Part shown: piece after piece, positions 30,776 through 39,791 of the stretch
Layout of the letters: every line of letters starts with the position of its first letter
Numbering within the stretch: position 1 is the stretch's first letter
DNA from: Marinicella sp.
GTDB taxonomy: Bacteria > Pseudomonadota > Gammaproteobacteria > Xanthomonadales > Marinicellaceae
DNA length: 64,000 bases
Direction of reading: 5' to 3'
Assembly (NCBI GenBank): GCA_965230295.1
Contig: OZ246001.1
Coordinates: 2,208,001 to 2,272,000, forward strand
Translations under genes and position numbers: made by a program
The notes under the pieces: generated by a model
Told to the model about the DNA's origin: nothing
The model's database searches: none
Seen by the model: only the letters and a program-made list of their open reading frames with translations

Positions 30776-32185
30776 TTATGAGACGCTGTTCACTAATTGG
30801 TCCTGTGTCAACGGTTTACACAATATCTGATCAAAGCCAATGGCATTGAGCTTATCGATCAATGATTGACTTGGATTGGCCGTCATGATGATGGCTTTAT
30901 TCACCAGGGGTCTTAATACGTTGAATATTGAATCAACTTGTCCATCACCTAAATTGAAGTCAGTAATCAAGGTATCAAATGTGTGGCTATGTAACAGATT
31001 TTTGAGGCTGGAAATTGAGTCGGCGGTGCTGACTTGATGACCTGCCTGGGTCAGGTAAAATTCAAACAAATTCAAACAATCATGGTCATCATCTACCAGC
31101 AAAATTTTCTGACTTTCTGGTGTCTGGTGGTAGGCGATGGTGAATCTGAAACAACTGCCTGTTGCATCGCTTGTATGCAAATTCAAGCTGGCACCGATTT
31201 GTTCAGCCAGCATTTTTGAAATCACCAAGCCAATGCCATTTCCTTGGGAGGCACTTTTGCCTTCTCGAGACCAGGCGGTGAATAACTGTTTTTGGAAATC
31301 GGGGCTCATGCCACATCCGGTGTCAGCAACATCGATGTGCAGTAAGCCATCTTCTTTCATTGAACTGACAGTGATGTTACCAGTCTCTGTGTATTTAATG
31401 GCGTTACTGATCAAGTTGGTGAATATTTGCCCCCATTTGGTGCGGTTGGATGTTAAGACGGTGTTGTCATCCACGCAGTTATTCAGATCAAGGCCTTTGT
31501 TGTGAGCCTGGATTTTGAAATCATTGAACAATTCTTCGATGTATTCAGCGGGCTTAAAAGAGGTGTTGTGTTGGCTGGACTGTTGCTGATCATAGTCCAA
31601 CGTTTGAGCGATGATTTGTTCCAACTTTGCTACATTTTTGCTTATGATTCGGGTGGCTTGCTTGCTGTCGATGTTGGCCTCACCCAACAATTCATTGTAG
31701 CCTTTGATCGCATTCAAAGGGTTACCCATCTCATGTGACAATGCGGAAATGTAAAAAGATTTGGCCGAGTTGGCCTCTTTGAGCTCTTTATGGGCATTTT
31801 CCAGTGCTGAGAATAGGTATTGTAATCGGAGCTTCTCAATGGCTTGATCATGAGCCAACTGTTGCTTGTATTGGACTTGCTTATGTACCATGTCGATGGG
31901 AAACAAAATGAGGTATTTCTGCTGTTCAGACAGCAAGAAATGCACATCGAAAACCAGATCGTTGTGGTTGTAAAAAGGTATGAAGAAAGGGTCATTCAAT
32001 GATTCAGTGGCGAGCAAGGGTAACACGGTTTTAATTTCTATTGACGCATCAGTGAGGTTCAGGTCTTGACTGGCCTTGGGGTTGATGTGAATGATTTCAT
32101 TCTGCTCGTTGAGGGTGATGATCCCCCATTCAGCCGCTTGGTAATGATCATAAATGTGCTGCAGAATGGTTGCAGGTAAACTCAC
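30776..32185 (-). CDS. Soluble hybrid histidine kinase (PAS-like + HisKA + HATPase + receiver)
   Basis: LSHEMGNPL H-box, NLISNAIKY, DTGCGM, GNGIGL, LLVDDD..ITDFNL receiver; no TM helix. Confidence 0.92.
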   Translation of the reverse strand: MSLPATILQHIYDHYQAAEWGIITLNEQNEIIHINPKASQDLNLTDASIEIKTVLPLLATESLNDPFFIPFYNHNDLVFDVHFLLSEQQKYLILFPIDMVHKQVQYKQQLAHDQAIEKLRLQYLFSALENAHKELKEANSAKSFYISALSHEMGNPLNAIKGYNELLGEANIDSKQATRIISKNVAKLEQIIAQTLDYDQQQSSQHNTSFKPAEYIEELFNDFKIQAHNKGLDLNNCVDDNTVLTSNRTKWGQIFTNLISNAIKYTETGNITVSSMKEDGLLHIDVADTGCGMSPDFQKQLFTAWSREGKSASQGNGIGLVISKMLAEQIGASLNLHTSDATGSCFRFTIAYHQTPESQKILLVDDDHDCLNLFEFYLTQAGHQVSTADSISSLKNLLHSHTFDTLITDFNLGDGQVDSIFNVLRPLVNKAIIMTANPSQSLIDKLNAIGFDQILCKPLTQDQLVNSVS

Positions 32186-32658
32186 GGCAGTTGCTGTGAC
32201 AAGGCCAAAAACCCTGCTTCAACATTTTCTCCTGTTTTGGCGCTGGTCCAAAAACTATGCGTTGTCAGGTTGGCGATTGTATGGTCAAAATCGTCCTGCC
32301 AATTGATGTCGTCTTTAAGGTCAGATTTATTGATAAAACAAACGGCTGGCAGTTCTTTCAATTCTGGAGAGTCCTGGATGATTTGTTCTAAAGTAACCAG
32401 TGACTCTGGTTCTGTGGCATCCACCACATAAATGATGCCATGAGCACCTCTGAGGTAGGGTTTGTAGTGGTTTTCCTGCTCAAAACCAGCGATGTCCCAA
32501 ATGATGAATTTGGTGCGGTCATCAATGATTTTTGTGGCAATGGCCACACCCACCGTGGTTTGGTATTTTTCAGAAAAATGATTTTTAACATAACGATCAA
32601 CCAATGATGTTTTGCCCACCGCGAATCGACCAATCATACAAATCTTTTTTGAAATCAT
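32182..32658 (-). CDS. Rab/Ras-like small GTPase
   Basis: G1 GRFAVGKTS, G2 YQTTVG, G3 WDIAG, G4 NKSD, G5 TSAKTGENVE in 158 aa. Confidence 0.93.
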   Translation of the reverse strand: MISKKICMIGRFAVGKTSLVDRYVKNHFSEKYQTTVGVAIATKIIDDRTKFIIWDIAGFEQENHYKPYLRGAHGIIYVVDATEPESLVTLEQIIQDSPELKELPAVCFINKSDLKDDINWQDDFDHTIANLTTHSFWTSAKTGENVEAGFLALSQQLP

Positions 32659-34457
32659 TCCAATACCTCAAACCACACACCAATCTTGGTGAGATCAATT
32701 TCTTCTGTTGTGGTGTTGCATGTGGTGGCTTCGGTCAGCATGTCATTCGGTTTTAATCCATTTGATTGTAAGTAATTATAAACCATACTTAATCGCAATT
32801 GATTGTTCTCATTGCTTTGACTCACCGAACCTTGACAATCACTTTGGGCGATCAAGTTAATTTTGGCATTGGGATGAAAAACTTGTAACTGTTTGAGCTT
32901 GGTTACCAACAAATCTAATTGTAAACGATGTTCATCACCCATATTGACCACACTGATGAGGCTTAGGGAATTTGAATTGATGTGATTTCTGAGTTCTGAC
33001 GGCTCCACCAACTTGACTGCATCCGTGATGATCGGGCCGAATTTTTCAAGCTGAGCTGAATATGCGTTGTAAGTGACCTCATCACTGACACCTGCCAATG
33101 TGATACCATCACCTGTTTCAGTGACCTGAAGTGCAAGAGGCGGTGGATTGGCATGCAGGAAATCACTCAAAGTTTCGCTGTCGATCAAAGTGGTTTGGTC
33201 AGATAATTGATTAACCCCAGGCATCATTCGAATGAAATTCAACTCTTGTTGTATGTCAACGGATTCATCGATGGCCCCCGTCAAAGTGACTTCATTGTTT
33301 TCAGAATGAACTTTGATGTTGGGCTGACCCAACAGATTCGCAATGCGTTTTGCCACGATTTCATCTTGCAAAGATATATAGGGTGTACTGTTAATTACGA
33401 CATGGTCATCCAGCCCGGTAAACTCTGCCAAAGGGTCTTGTAAGCCGGTGGCTTGGAATGCATCGTTTTCATAAGTCAGGTCTTGCAGCACAAAGCCAGG
33501 TGTGGCAGATAATTGATTCGAAATGGCTAACTTGGCTGACTGGTGTTGGTAGCTTGACCAGGAGAAATAAACGATGATGGCCATGATGGCAATTAACCAA
33601 GGCCAATAATTGATGCCTTTAGGCTTGTCTTCATCTTCAGACTGGGATTTGGTTAACAGCAGTTTTTCCAATTCAGACCGCAGCTCAGAGTTCTGATTCC
33701 ATTTGGATTGATCTTCAAGATCTTGGAAGTAATTTAAATGAATACCTTCCAGGACGCCAGTCATGCTGTCCCTTAACCGGGCGGTTGGTGCACCTTTAAT
33801 GACTGCAGCAATGTTGGCTGTATTGCCGTGGATCAGCCAAACCAAATTGTCACCCAATTCAGCCGCTGATAGGCCTTCGCCGTCCTTGCTAACGGCGTCT
33901 TTGACAAAATCTTGGATCGCTGTCAACATCGCAGACATGGCTTCTTTATCTTGTAACAGTTCTTCTTCATGGCCGACGAATTCAATCAACATCCCTGAAT
34001 GGTTATCAATCAGAAAGACTTGTTGGACTTGATACTCGATGGTGTTATTAAAGACAATTTCTGCAAATGGAACGCCGGTGGTAAAAGCTTTCCAACGCCA
34101 CCTCAATGCTTTGGCAGAAATGCCCATTTCCACCGCTCGGTTTACATCGGCCACGAATCGGCGAATGGCCGAGGAGACAGATTTCCTGATCATTGGTCCA
34201 ATGATGGGTAGCAAAGCATCTATGAAGGTTTGCTTGTTGGCTTTAACCGCTCGAACATAAGACTTGGGGTCTATCTTGGAGAACTTTTTTTGAAAATTGG
34301 GGTTGGCTGCAATGACCAAGTCAGCAGCAGGGTCCAAAACTTCACTGACTTTTTCAGTGAGCTGTTGCTTGTCATGCAGTAATTTGTGTATGGCTTTTAA
34401 TTGAGCAAGTTCCTCACTCAGCAACAAGGCTTTGAGTTTTTGGCGGTCATCGCTCAT
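32655..34457 (-). CDS. Single-pass membrane protein with cytoplasmic longin/roadblock-like domain and periplasmic BON-like + OmpA-like domains
   Basis: TM at aa ~284-301; VFLIDNHSGMLI..AMSAMLTAIQDFV; VTLTGAI / ITLAGV BON-like repeats; AQSDCQGS..NQLRLSMVYNYL OmpA_C-like. Confidence 0.75.
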   Translation of the reverse strand: MSDDRQKLKALLLSEELAQLKAIHKLLHDKQQLTEKVSEVLDPAADLVIAANPNFQKKFSKIDPKSYVRAVKANKQTFIDALLPIIGPMIRKSVSSAIRRFVADVNRAVEMGISAKALRWRWKAFTTGVPFAEIVFNNTIEYQVQQVFLIDNHSGMLIEFVGHEEELLQDKEAMSAMLTAIQDFVKDAVSKDGEGLSAAELGDNLVWLIHGNTANIAAVIKGAPTARLRDSMTGVLEGIHLNYFQDLEDQSKWNQNSELRSELEKLLLTKSQSEDEDKPKGINYWPWLIAIMAIIVYFSWSSYQHQSAKLAISNQLSATPGFVLQDLTYENDAFQATGLQDPLAEFTGLDDHVVINSTPYISLQDEIVAKRIANLLGQPNIKVHSENNEVTLTGAIDESVDIQQELNFIRMMPGVNQLSDQTTLIDSETLSDFLHANPPPLALQVTETGDGITLAGVSDEVTYNAYSAQLEKFGPIITDAVKLVEPSELRNHINSNSLSLISVVNMGDEHRLQLDLLVTKLKQLQVFHPNAKINLIAQSDCQGSVSQSNENNQLRLSMVYNYLQSNGLKPNDMLTEATTCNTTTEEIDLTKIGVWFEVLE

Positions 34458-34464
34458 GCTTTAT

Positions 34465-34860
34465 TTACTCAGCAATTTGATCAGCCATTTTTCTCAACAG
34501 GTCTGACAATTCATTGCGGTGAGTCAGTCGCTGATCCAAGTCATTGGATTTATCTTGTAACTCACCCAGGATGCTGGCTTCGGTTTCGATGATGCGGTTT
34601 TTCAAGCTGTCTTCAATAGATTGCATGCGATCACTTTGATCGGCTTGTAAGTCGGTTAAATTTTGCGCACTTTTGTCTTCAGCTTTTTTCAGGTTGTTAC
34701 TCAGCTGCTTGTTCAAGGCTTCTATTTGTTTCTTGATGGCATTGAACTGTTTGTTAATTTCTGATTCCAATTGGGCAAATTTTTTCTCGATGTTTTTGGT
34801 CTGCTCACCAAACAGAATGTCTCTGATTTGATCCACTGAATCAATGTTTTTTTCTGACAT
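34465..34860 (-). CDS. Coiled-coil protein
   Basis: VDQIRDILFGEQ N-terminal motif, heptad-rich; GGAG RBS. Confidence 0.8.
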   Translation of the reverse strand: MSEKNIDSVDQIRDILFGEQTKNIEKKFAQLESEINKQFNAIKKQIEALNKQLSNNLKKAEDKSAQNLTDLQADQSDRMQSIEDSLKNRIIETEASILGELQDKSNDLDQRLTHRNELSDLLRKMADQIAE

Positions 34861-34878
34861 AAAAAATAGCTCCTGTCG

Positions 34879-35556
34879 TTATACTTTAATCAGTCGATAA
34901 CCTTTGTGGTACACCGAGACCAATTTCCAACCAGTGCTGCCATCCAATGAAAGCTTCTTGCGCAATCGACTGATGTGGGTGTCTACGGTTCGGGTGGTGA
35001 TGGCTGAACTTTTGGTCCAGATGGTCTCTAATAGATAATCTCTGGATATCAAACGGTCCTGGTTGTTAAAAAAGAAATTGGCCAACTGATATTCTTTGGC
35101 GGTTAATTTCACTGAAGTTTGGTTGTAAGAAATGACTGTTTCTTTGGCGTTGAAAGTGAAGGGTTCAACGGAAACCAGATTATCCATACTTTGACTGTGT
35201 CGTCGATGTAAAGCTTGAGATCGGGCGATCAATTCCGCTTGCTTAATTGGCTTAACCAGATAATCATCAGCACCCTGGTCCAAGGCTTTAACCAAATCAT
35301 CTTCGTGATTGCGGGTGGTGGCAAAAATAACTGGTAGGTCTTTGTGCTCACTGGATCGGACCCAATTCAAAACTTCAAGACCGCTGATGACGGGTAAATT
35401 CCAGTCCAGTATCAACAGATCAGGATGCTCGTAGGGAAGCTTTTCGATAAAATCCCTGCCATTGCTGTAGCATTGACAGCTGTGGCCCTTTTCTTCCAAC
35501 CAATGCTGAACCAACTGGGCTTGATCCAAGTCGTCTTCTAAGATAAATACCTTCAT
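34879..35556 (-). CDS. OmpR/PhoB family response regulator
   Basis: ILEDD, LILDWNLP, GADDYLVKP, TRTVDTHISRLRKKL. Confidence 0.95.
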   Translation of the reverse strand: MKVFILEDDLDQAQLVQHWLEEKGHSCQCYSNGRDFIEKLPYEHPDLLILDWNLPVISGLEVLNWVRSSEHKDLPVIFATTRNHEDDLVKALDQGADDYLVKPIKQAELIARSQALHRRHSQSMDNLVSVEPFTFNAKETVISYNQTSVKLTAKEYQLANFFFNNQDRLISRDYLLETIWTKSSAITTRTVDTHISRLRKKLSLDGSTGWKLVSVYHKGYRLIKV

Positions 35557-35688
35557 TCAATTCCTATTCTTTTCAGTAGTTATAGTAACATTCTAACCTA
35601 AATTAACAAATTATTACATGTTCAATAATGCATGTAAAATGTTGATCTATAAATCAAAACCCATTATGTATGAATTTATCAACAAAAC

Positions 35689-37047
35689 TCAGCGGTTCAT
35701 TAAGTTGATGAATGCTTTTTTCAAGCCTGTATATGGTGCTCGGACCAAGCTGTTCAGGTTGATTCTGGATTGATAATAAACTGACTTCATGTGGCTCATA
35801 GACACAAAGCCCTGATAGCCATGATAGCTGCCCATACCGCTGGCACCAATGCCGCCAAAAGGCAGTCCTTGTTGAGCAAACTGAACCAGGGTTTCATTGA
35901 TGGTTAATGAGCCAGAATGGGTCTGCTCAGAGACTTTTCTGATGGTTTGTTTGCGGTTGCTATATAAGTATAAAGTCAAAGGACGGTCCCTTGCATTGAT
36001 GAAGTCAATTTGTGCAGACAGGTCATCACAACTGATGATCGGTAATATGGGGCCAAAGATTTCAGCGGTCATGATGGGGTGATCCAAGGGTGGATCAATC
36101 ACCAATGTAGGTGGCATTTTTCGGTCTTGGTCACTGGTTCCGATGGTTTTAATACTTTCTGGTGGCAGGTTTGATAATAAACTTTGTAATCGATGGTGGT
36201 GGTTAGGATTGACCACACAACTGTATTGTGGGTTGTTTCCCGGGTCCGGGTATGTGGCTTCTATAGCAGTTGTTAAACATGACACCAATTCATTGACTCT
36301 ACCTGGGTCCACCAAGATGTAATCTGGTGCCAGACAAGTTTGTCCCGCATTGAACCATTTGCCTGCAACAAGGCTGTTGCAGGCTTTTTTCAAGGAATAG
36401 TCGGAATCGATAAGAACCGGTGATTTACCGCCCAATTCAAGGGTCAGTGGCGTCAAATTATCACTGGCATTGTGCATGATGATTTTGCCAACTTCAGTGG
36501 ACCCAGTGAACAGGATGTGATCCAAAGGCAGTTTGCTGAAATGATCAGCCACCAGAACATCACCCAAGACCACAAACACTTCGTCAGGACGGAAAACTTG
36601 AGCCAACACCTGTTCTATCATTTGTGCTGTTTTGTTGGTGATCTCAGAAGGTTTGACCATCACTCTGTTTCCTGCAGCGATGGCGGCCACCAAAGGTTCG
36701 ATCACCAGGTTGAAAGGGTAATTCCACGGTGCCATGATGCCGATGACACCTTTGGGTTGGGGTGTAACGGCACACTTTGATGGATAAAATTTCCAATCAG
36801 CATGCCAGGTCTTCGATCGGGTCCATTGTTTGATGTGCTTGAGGGTGTAATTGATTTCATCCAAACAAACCATGACTTCAGCCAATAAAGTCTCTTCGGT
36901 GCAGCGGTGACGGAAGTCTTGGTTAATGGCAGTAACCACAGTGGTCTGGTTTTTCTTGATGGCTTTGGCCAGTTGCTTCAACCGTTCAATTCTGGTTTTG
37001 ACAGGAATGGGCGGCAGTGACTGCATTTTCTTTAATTGATCTTTCAT
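35689..37047 (-). CDS. Aldehyde dehydrogenase (coniferyl-aldehyde/ALDH3-like)
   Basis: PWNYP, FTGST, LELGGKSP, NAGQTCLAPDY, EIFGP, PFGGIGASG. Confidence 0.93.
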   Translation of the reverse strand: MKDQLKKMQSLPPIPVKTRIERLKQLAKAIKKNQTTVVTAINQDFRHRCTEETLLAEVMVCLDEINYTLKHIKQWTRSKTWHADWKFYPSKCAVTPQPKGVIGIMAPWNYPFNLVIEPLVAAIAAGNRVMVKPSEITNKTAQMIEQVLAQVFRPDEVFVVLGDVLVADHFSKLPLDHILFTGSTEVGKIIMHNASDNLTPLTLELGGKSPVLIDSDYSLKKACNSLVAGKWFNAGQTCLAPDYILVDPGRVNELVSCLTTAIEATYPDPGNNPQYSCVVNPNHHHRLQSLLSNLPPESIKTIGTSDQDRKMPPTLVIDPPLDHPIMTAEIFGPILPIISCDDLSAQIDFINARDRPLTLYLYSNRKQTIRKVSEQTHSGSLTINETLVQFAQQGLPFGGIGASGMGSYHGYQGFVSMSHMKSVYYQSRINLNSLVRAPYTGLKKAFINLMNR

Positions 37048-37086
37048 GGTTTGGTACTGGAATTAATGGTTAAGTACATGGATTAC

Positions 37087-39243
37087 TCACGCGATTGGTA
37101 GATGAATCATGATGGCTGCACCTTCTTGGTGGTTTTGTACGAGGATGGTACCGCCATGTTCTTCAACAATTTTCTTGACAATGGCCAACCCCAATCCAGA
37201 TCCACCCTTCTTGGTGGTTTCATAGGGTTCAAAGACATGGCCAATGATGTCAGGGTTGAATCCATGACCATTGTCTTTGATGGTTAAAATCAGTTGATCG
37301 TTGATGGTCTGGGTGCTGATGCCAATACGAATGTCACCTTGATCCACACTTTCTTGGGCATTCTTAATTAAATTGGTTAACAACTGGGTCATTCGACCTC
37401 GATCCAATAACAGACGTGGCTCAGGTTCAGCCAACTGGATGTTAAAGATGATGCCAGGGTGGGACAAGCTATACAGATCGACCATTTCATTAATCAGTGG
37501 GTTCAACCCACCCAATTCTTTTTTCAATTCAGGCGGTTTGGCATAATCTGAGAAGGCATTGACCAGGGTCTTTAGATTTTCCACTTGCGATACGATGGTC
37601 TGAGTGGCACGATCCAAAATCTCGTCTTCCTCTTTGGTCAACTTGCCACTGAAACGCATGTGCATACGTTCTGCTGATAACTGGATGGGGGTCAACGGAT
37701 TCTTGACTTCATGGGCCAATCGTCTGGCCACCTCGCTCCATGCGGCATCCCTTTGTGCCTGGTTGATGATGGTTTGATCATCAAAGACAATCACATGACC
37801 GCCACCTTCCATTTCAGCTTCACTGATTTGACTGCCACGAACCAGCAATATTCTGCGCAATGAATCTTCTGCGATCAAAACTTCTTGTTGCCAATAATTG
37901 GTTTTGTCGGCCACTTTTTGTTTAATGATGTCGACCAATGGTATCAAAGTCGGGTTTTTCATCGCAATGAAATCAATATTTTGATTGATCAGACTGCGGT
38001 CTTGAAGGTGTAAAATTTTATGGGTGGCTTCATTGCTGAGTCTGATTAAAAAATCATTGTCGATACTGATCACACCACTGGTTAAATGCGACATCACACT
38101 TTCTAGGTAAGCGCGTTGGTTTTCTGCTTCACTTTGGGCACGGTGGGCCAGGGCACTGGAGGTGGCGATCTGGGTTGACATGGAGTTGAAGGATTCGACC
38201 AATAAGCCCAGTTCATCTTTAGTAGCCACTGGGATGACTTTGCTGAAATTGCCTTGGGTGATGGCATCGGTGGCTTCAGACAGCATTTTAATGGGTTCAA
38301 CCAATCGTCTGGCGGATGAAAATGCCCGCAACATGGCCAGCAACACACTGATCAAAAGTACGATCGATAAAATGATCATGAATGTGCTTTTCAGTTGCTG
38401 ACGTTGGAAATTTTGTTTGTTGTATTCGTGGTATTGGGTCTCAATATTGACTGCCAAGCTTTCATAATCTTCAGGGATAGGAAATAAACCTTGTAAGATG
38501 CGGCTTTGGCCGAAATTGATCGAGCGATTGCTGTTGATGGGCACAGCAACCCTCACTTGCATGCCCTCATCAGCAGTGGGCTCGACCCGCGCCAATATGC
38601 CATTGTTGTTCAGTTCACTGATGGTGCTTTGCGGCAGGTTGGGTGAGACAAACTTAAGCGGGTCCAAAGCATTGGAATAAACCAGCTGTCCATCTGCACT
38701 GTAAATGCTCAATGACTTGGCCTTGGAGTCATCCATGAGGCGATCCAGATAAATACCTTGGTTCAATGGGTCAATGTCGGCCAAATCTGCAGCCATGTTT
38801 CGACCCGTGCTCAAATGGGTGTTGGTCTGGGTGTCCAAAAAGATATTGCCCAATGATATGGCATCATTCAAAGCCTCGTCAGTGGCCACATCAAACCACG
38901 AATCGACATATTGGTTGACCAACATGGTGGCAAATAAATACAGCACAATCACTGGTGGTAAAGACAAACCGGTGAACATCAACACCATGCGTGTGGTCAG
39001 TTGTATGCCAGGTTCTTTGCTCCTGCGTTTAAGGATCAGCCACACAATCCGTTGGATGATGATCAAAATCAAGATCACCACTGCCAGCACAGAGGCGGCG
39101 AATAACCAAATATAAATGCGATTGAATTGTTCTTCACCTTGAATGGCCGTGCCCAACAAATAAAGGGCAGCCAATAAAGTGATCACCAGAATGAAAATGG
39201 GCAGGTTTTTATTCAACAGCAGTGATTTCAAGCGTTTTTTCAT
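37087..39243 (-). CDS. NtrY-like membrane sensor histidine kinase (HAMP, PAS)
   Basis: DELGLLVESFN HAMP, AWSEVARRLAHEVKNPLTPIQLSAER, FEPYETTK, GSGLGL. Confidence 0.93.
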   Translation of the reverse strand: MKKRLKSLLLNKNLPIFILVITLLAALYLLGTAIQGEEQFNRIYIWLFAASVLAVVILILIIIQRIVWLILKRRSKEPGIQLTTRMVLMFTGLSLPPVIVLYLFATMLVNQYVDSWFDVATDEALNDAISLGNIFLDTQTNTHLSTGRNMAADLADIDPLNQGIYLDRLMDDSKAKSLSIYSADGQLVYSNALDPLKFVSPNLPQSTISELNNNGILARVEPTADEGMQVRVAVPINSNRSINFGQSRILQGLFPIPEDYESLAVNIETQYHEYNKQNFQRQQLKSTFMIILSIVLLISVLLAMLRAFSSARRLVEPIKMLSEATDAITQGNFSKVIPVATKDELGLLVESFNSMSTQIATSSALAHRAQSEAENQRAYLESVMSHLTSGVISIDNDFLIRLSNEATHKILHLQDRSLINQNIDFIAMKNPTLIPLVDIIKQKVADKTNYWQQEVLIAEDSLRRILLVRGSQISEAEMEGGGHVIVFDDQTIINQAQRDAAWSEVARRLAHEVKNPLTPIQLSAERMHMRFSGKLTKEEDEILDRATQTIVSQVENLKTLVNAFSDYAKPPELKKELGGLNPLINEMVDLYSLSHPGIIFNIQLAEPEPRLLLDRGRMTQLLTNLIKNAQESVDQGDIRIGISTQTINDQLILTIKDNGHGFNPDIIGHVFEPYETTKKGGSGLGLAIVKKIVEEHGGTILVQNHQEGAAIMIHLPIA

Positions 39244-39791
39244 GGCACTTCAACTGCGGTCGATGCTGCCATCAAATCAGTGGCTTGCCAGTCTGAATTG
39301 AGGTTCCAGTCGGCATCAAAGACATTGGGTAATTGCATGATGGAGGGCAGGGCTTGCTTGTCCAAAAAGATCCGAGTCATCAAATAATCACCTGCGTGAT
39401 CAGCTGGGAACACGAAACTGGTTTCATGGCCCAGATGTTGTAACAGCTGATCCAGATCAACAAAGCTCTGTTTGGTTTTCAGTATTTTGTTGTGCAATTG
39501 ATATTGGTTGCTGAGCGAAAAATAGCGCACTTCAAAAGTCAGGATTTTACTGCTCACATTGGTGTCAAACCACCAGTCAATTGATTGGTTGATTTTGGCT
39601 TGAACAACAAAGGTAATTACGATGCCGCTTTCAATGGCATCGTGCACTTTTTGTGAAATTTGAACATCAAACTGTGGTTTTACCTGTAGCTCATTGCCCA
39701 CCAAGACTTGTTTGACGCCCTTGAACTCTGTGGCTCCCAGGTTGAAAGTAAACCACAAGAAAACAATCAGAATAAGTCGCTTTACACTCAT
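39240..39791 (-). CDS. DUF4390 domain periplasmic protein
   Basis: DAIESGIVITF, WWFD, LDKQALP..WNLNSDW; conserved position between rsmB and NtrY-like kinase. Confidence 0.82.
   Translation of the reverse strand: MSVKRLILIVFLWFTFNLGATEFKGVKQVLVGNELQVKPQFDVQISQKVHDAIESGIVITFVVQAKINQSIDWWFDTNVSSKILTFEVRYFSLSNQYQLHNKILKTKQSFVDLDQLLQHLGHETSFVFPADHAGDYLMTRIFLDKQALPSIMQLPNVFDADWNLNSDWQATDLMAASTAVEVP

Noticed and set aside
32182-32658. GTPase as eukaryotic contamination or MglA
   Set aside because: Embedded by overlaps in a bacterial operon; lacks the MglA-type G3 (TVPGQ) and there is no free-standing mglB
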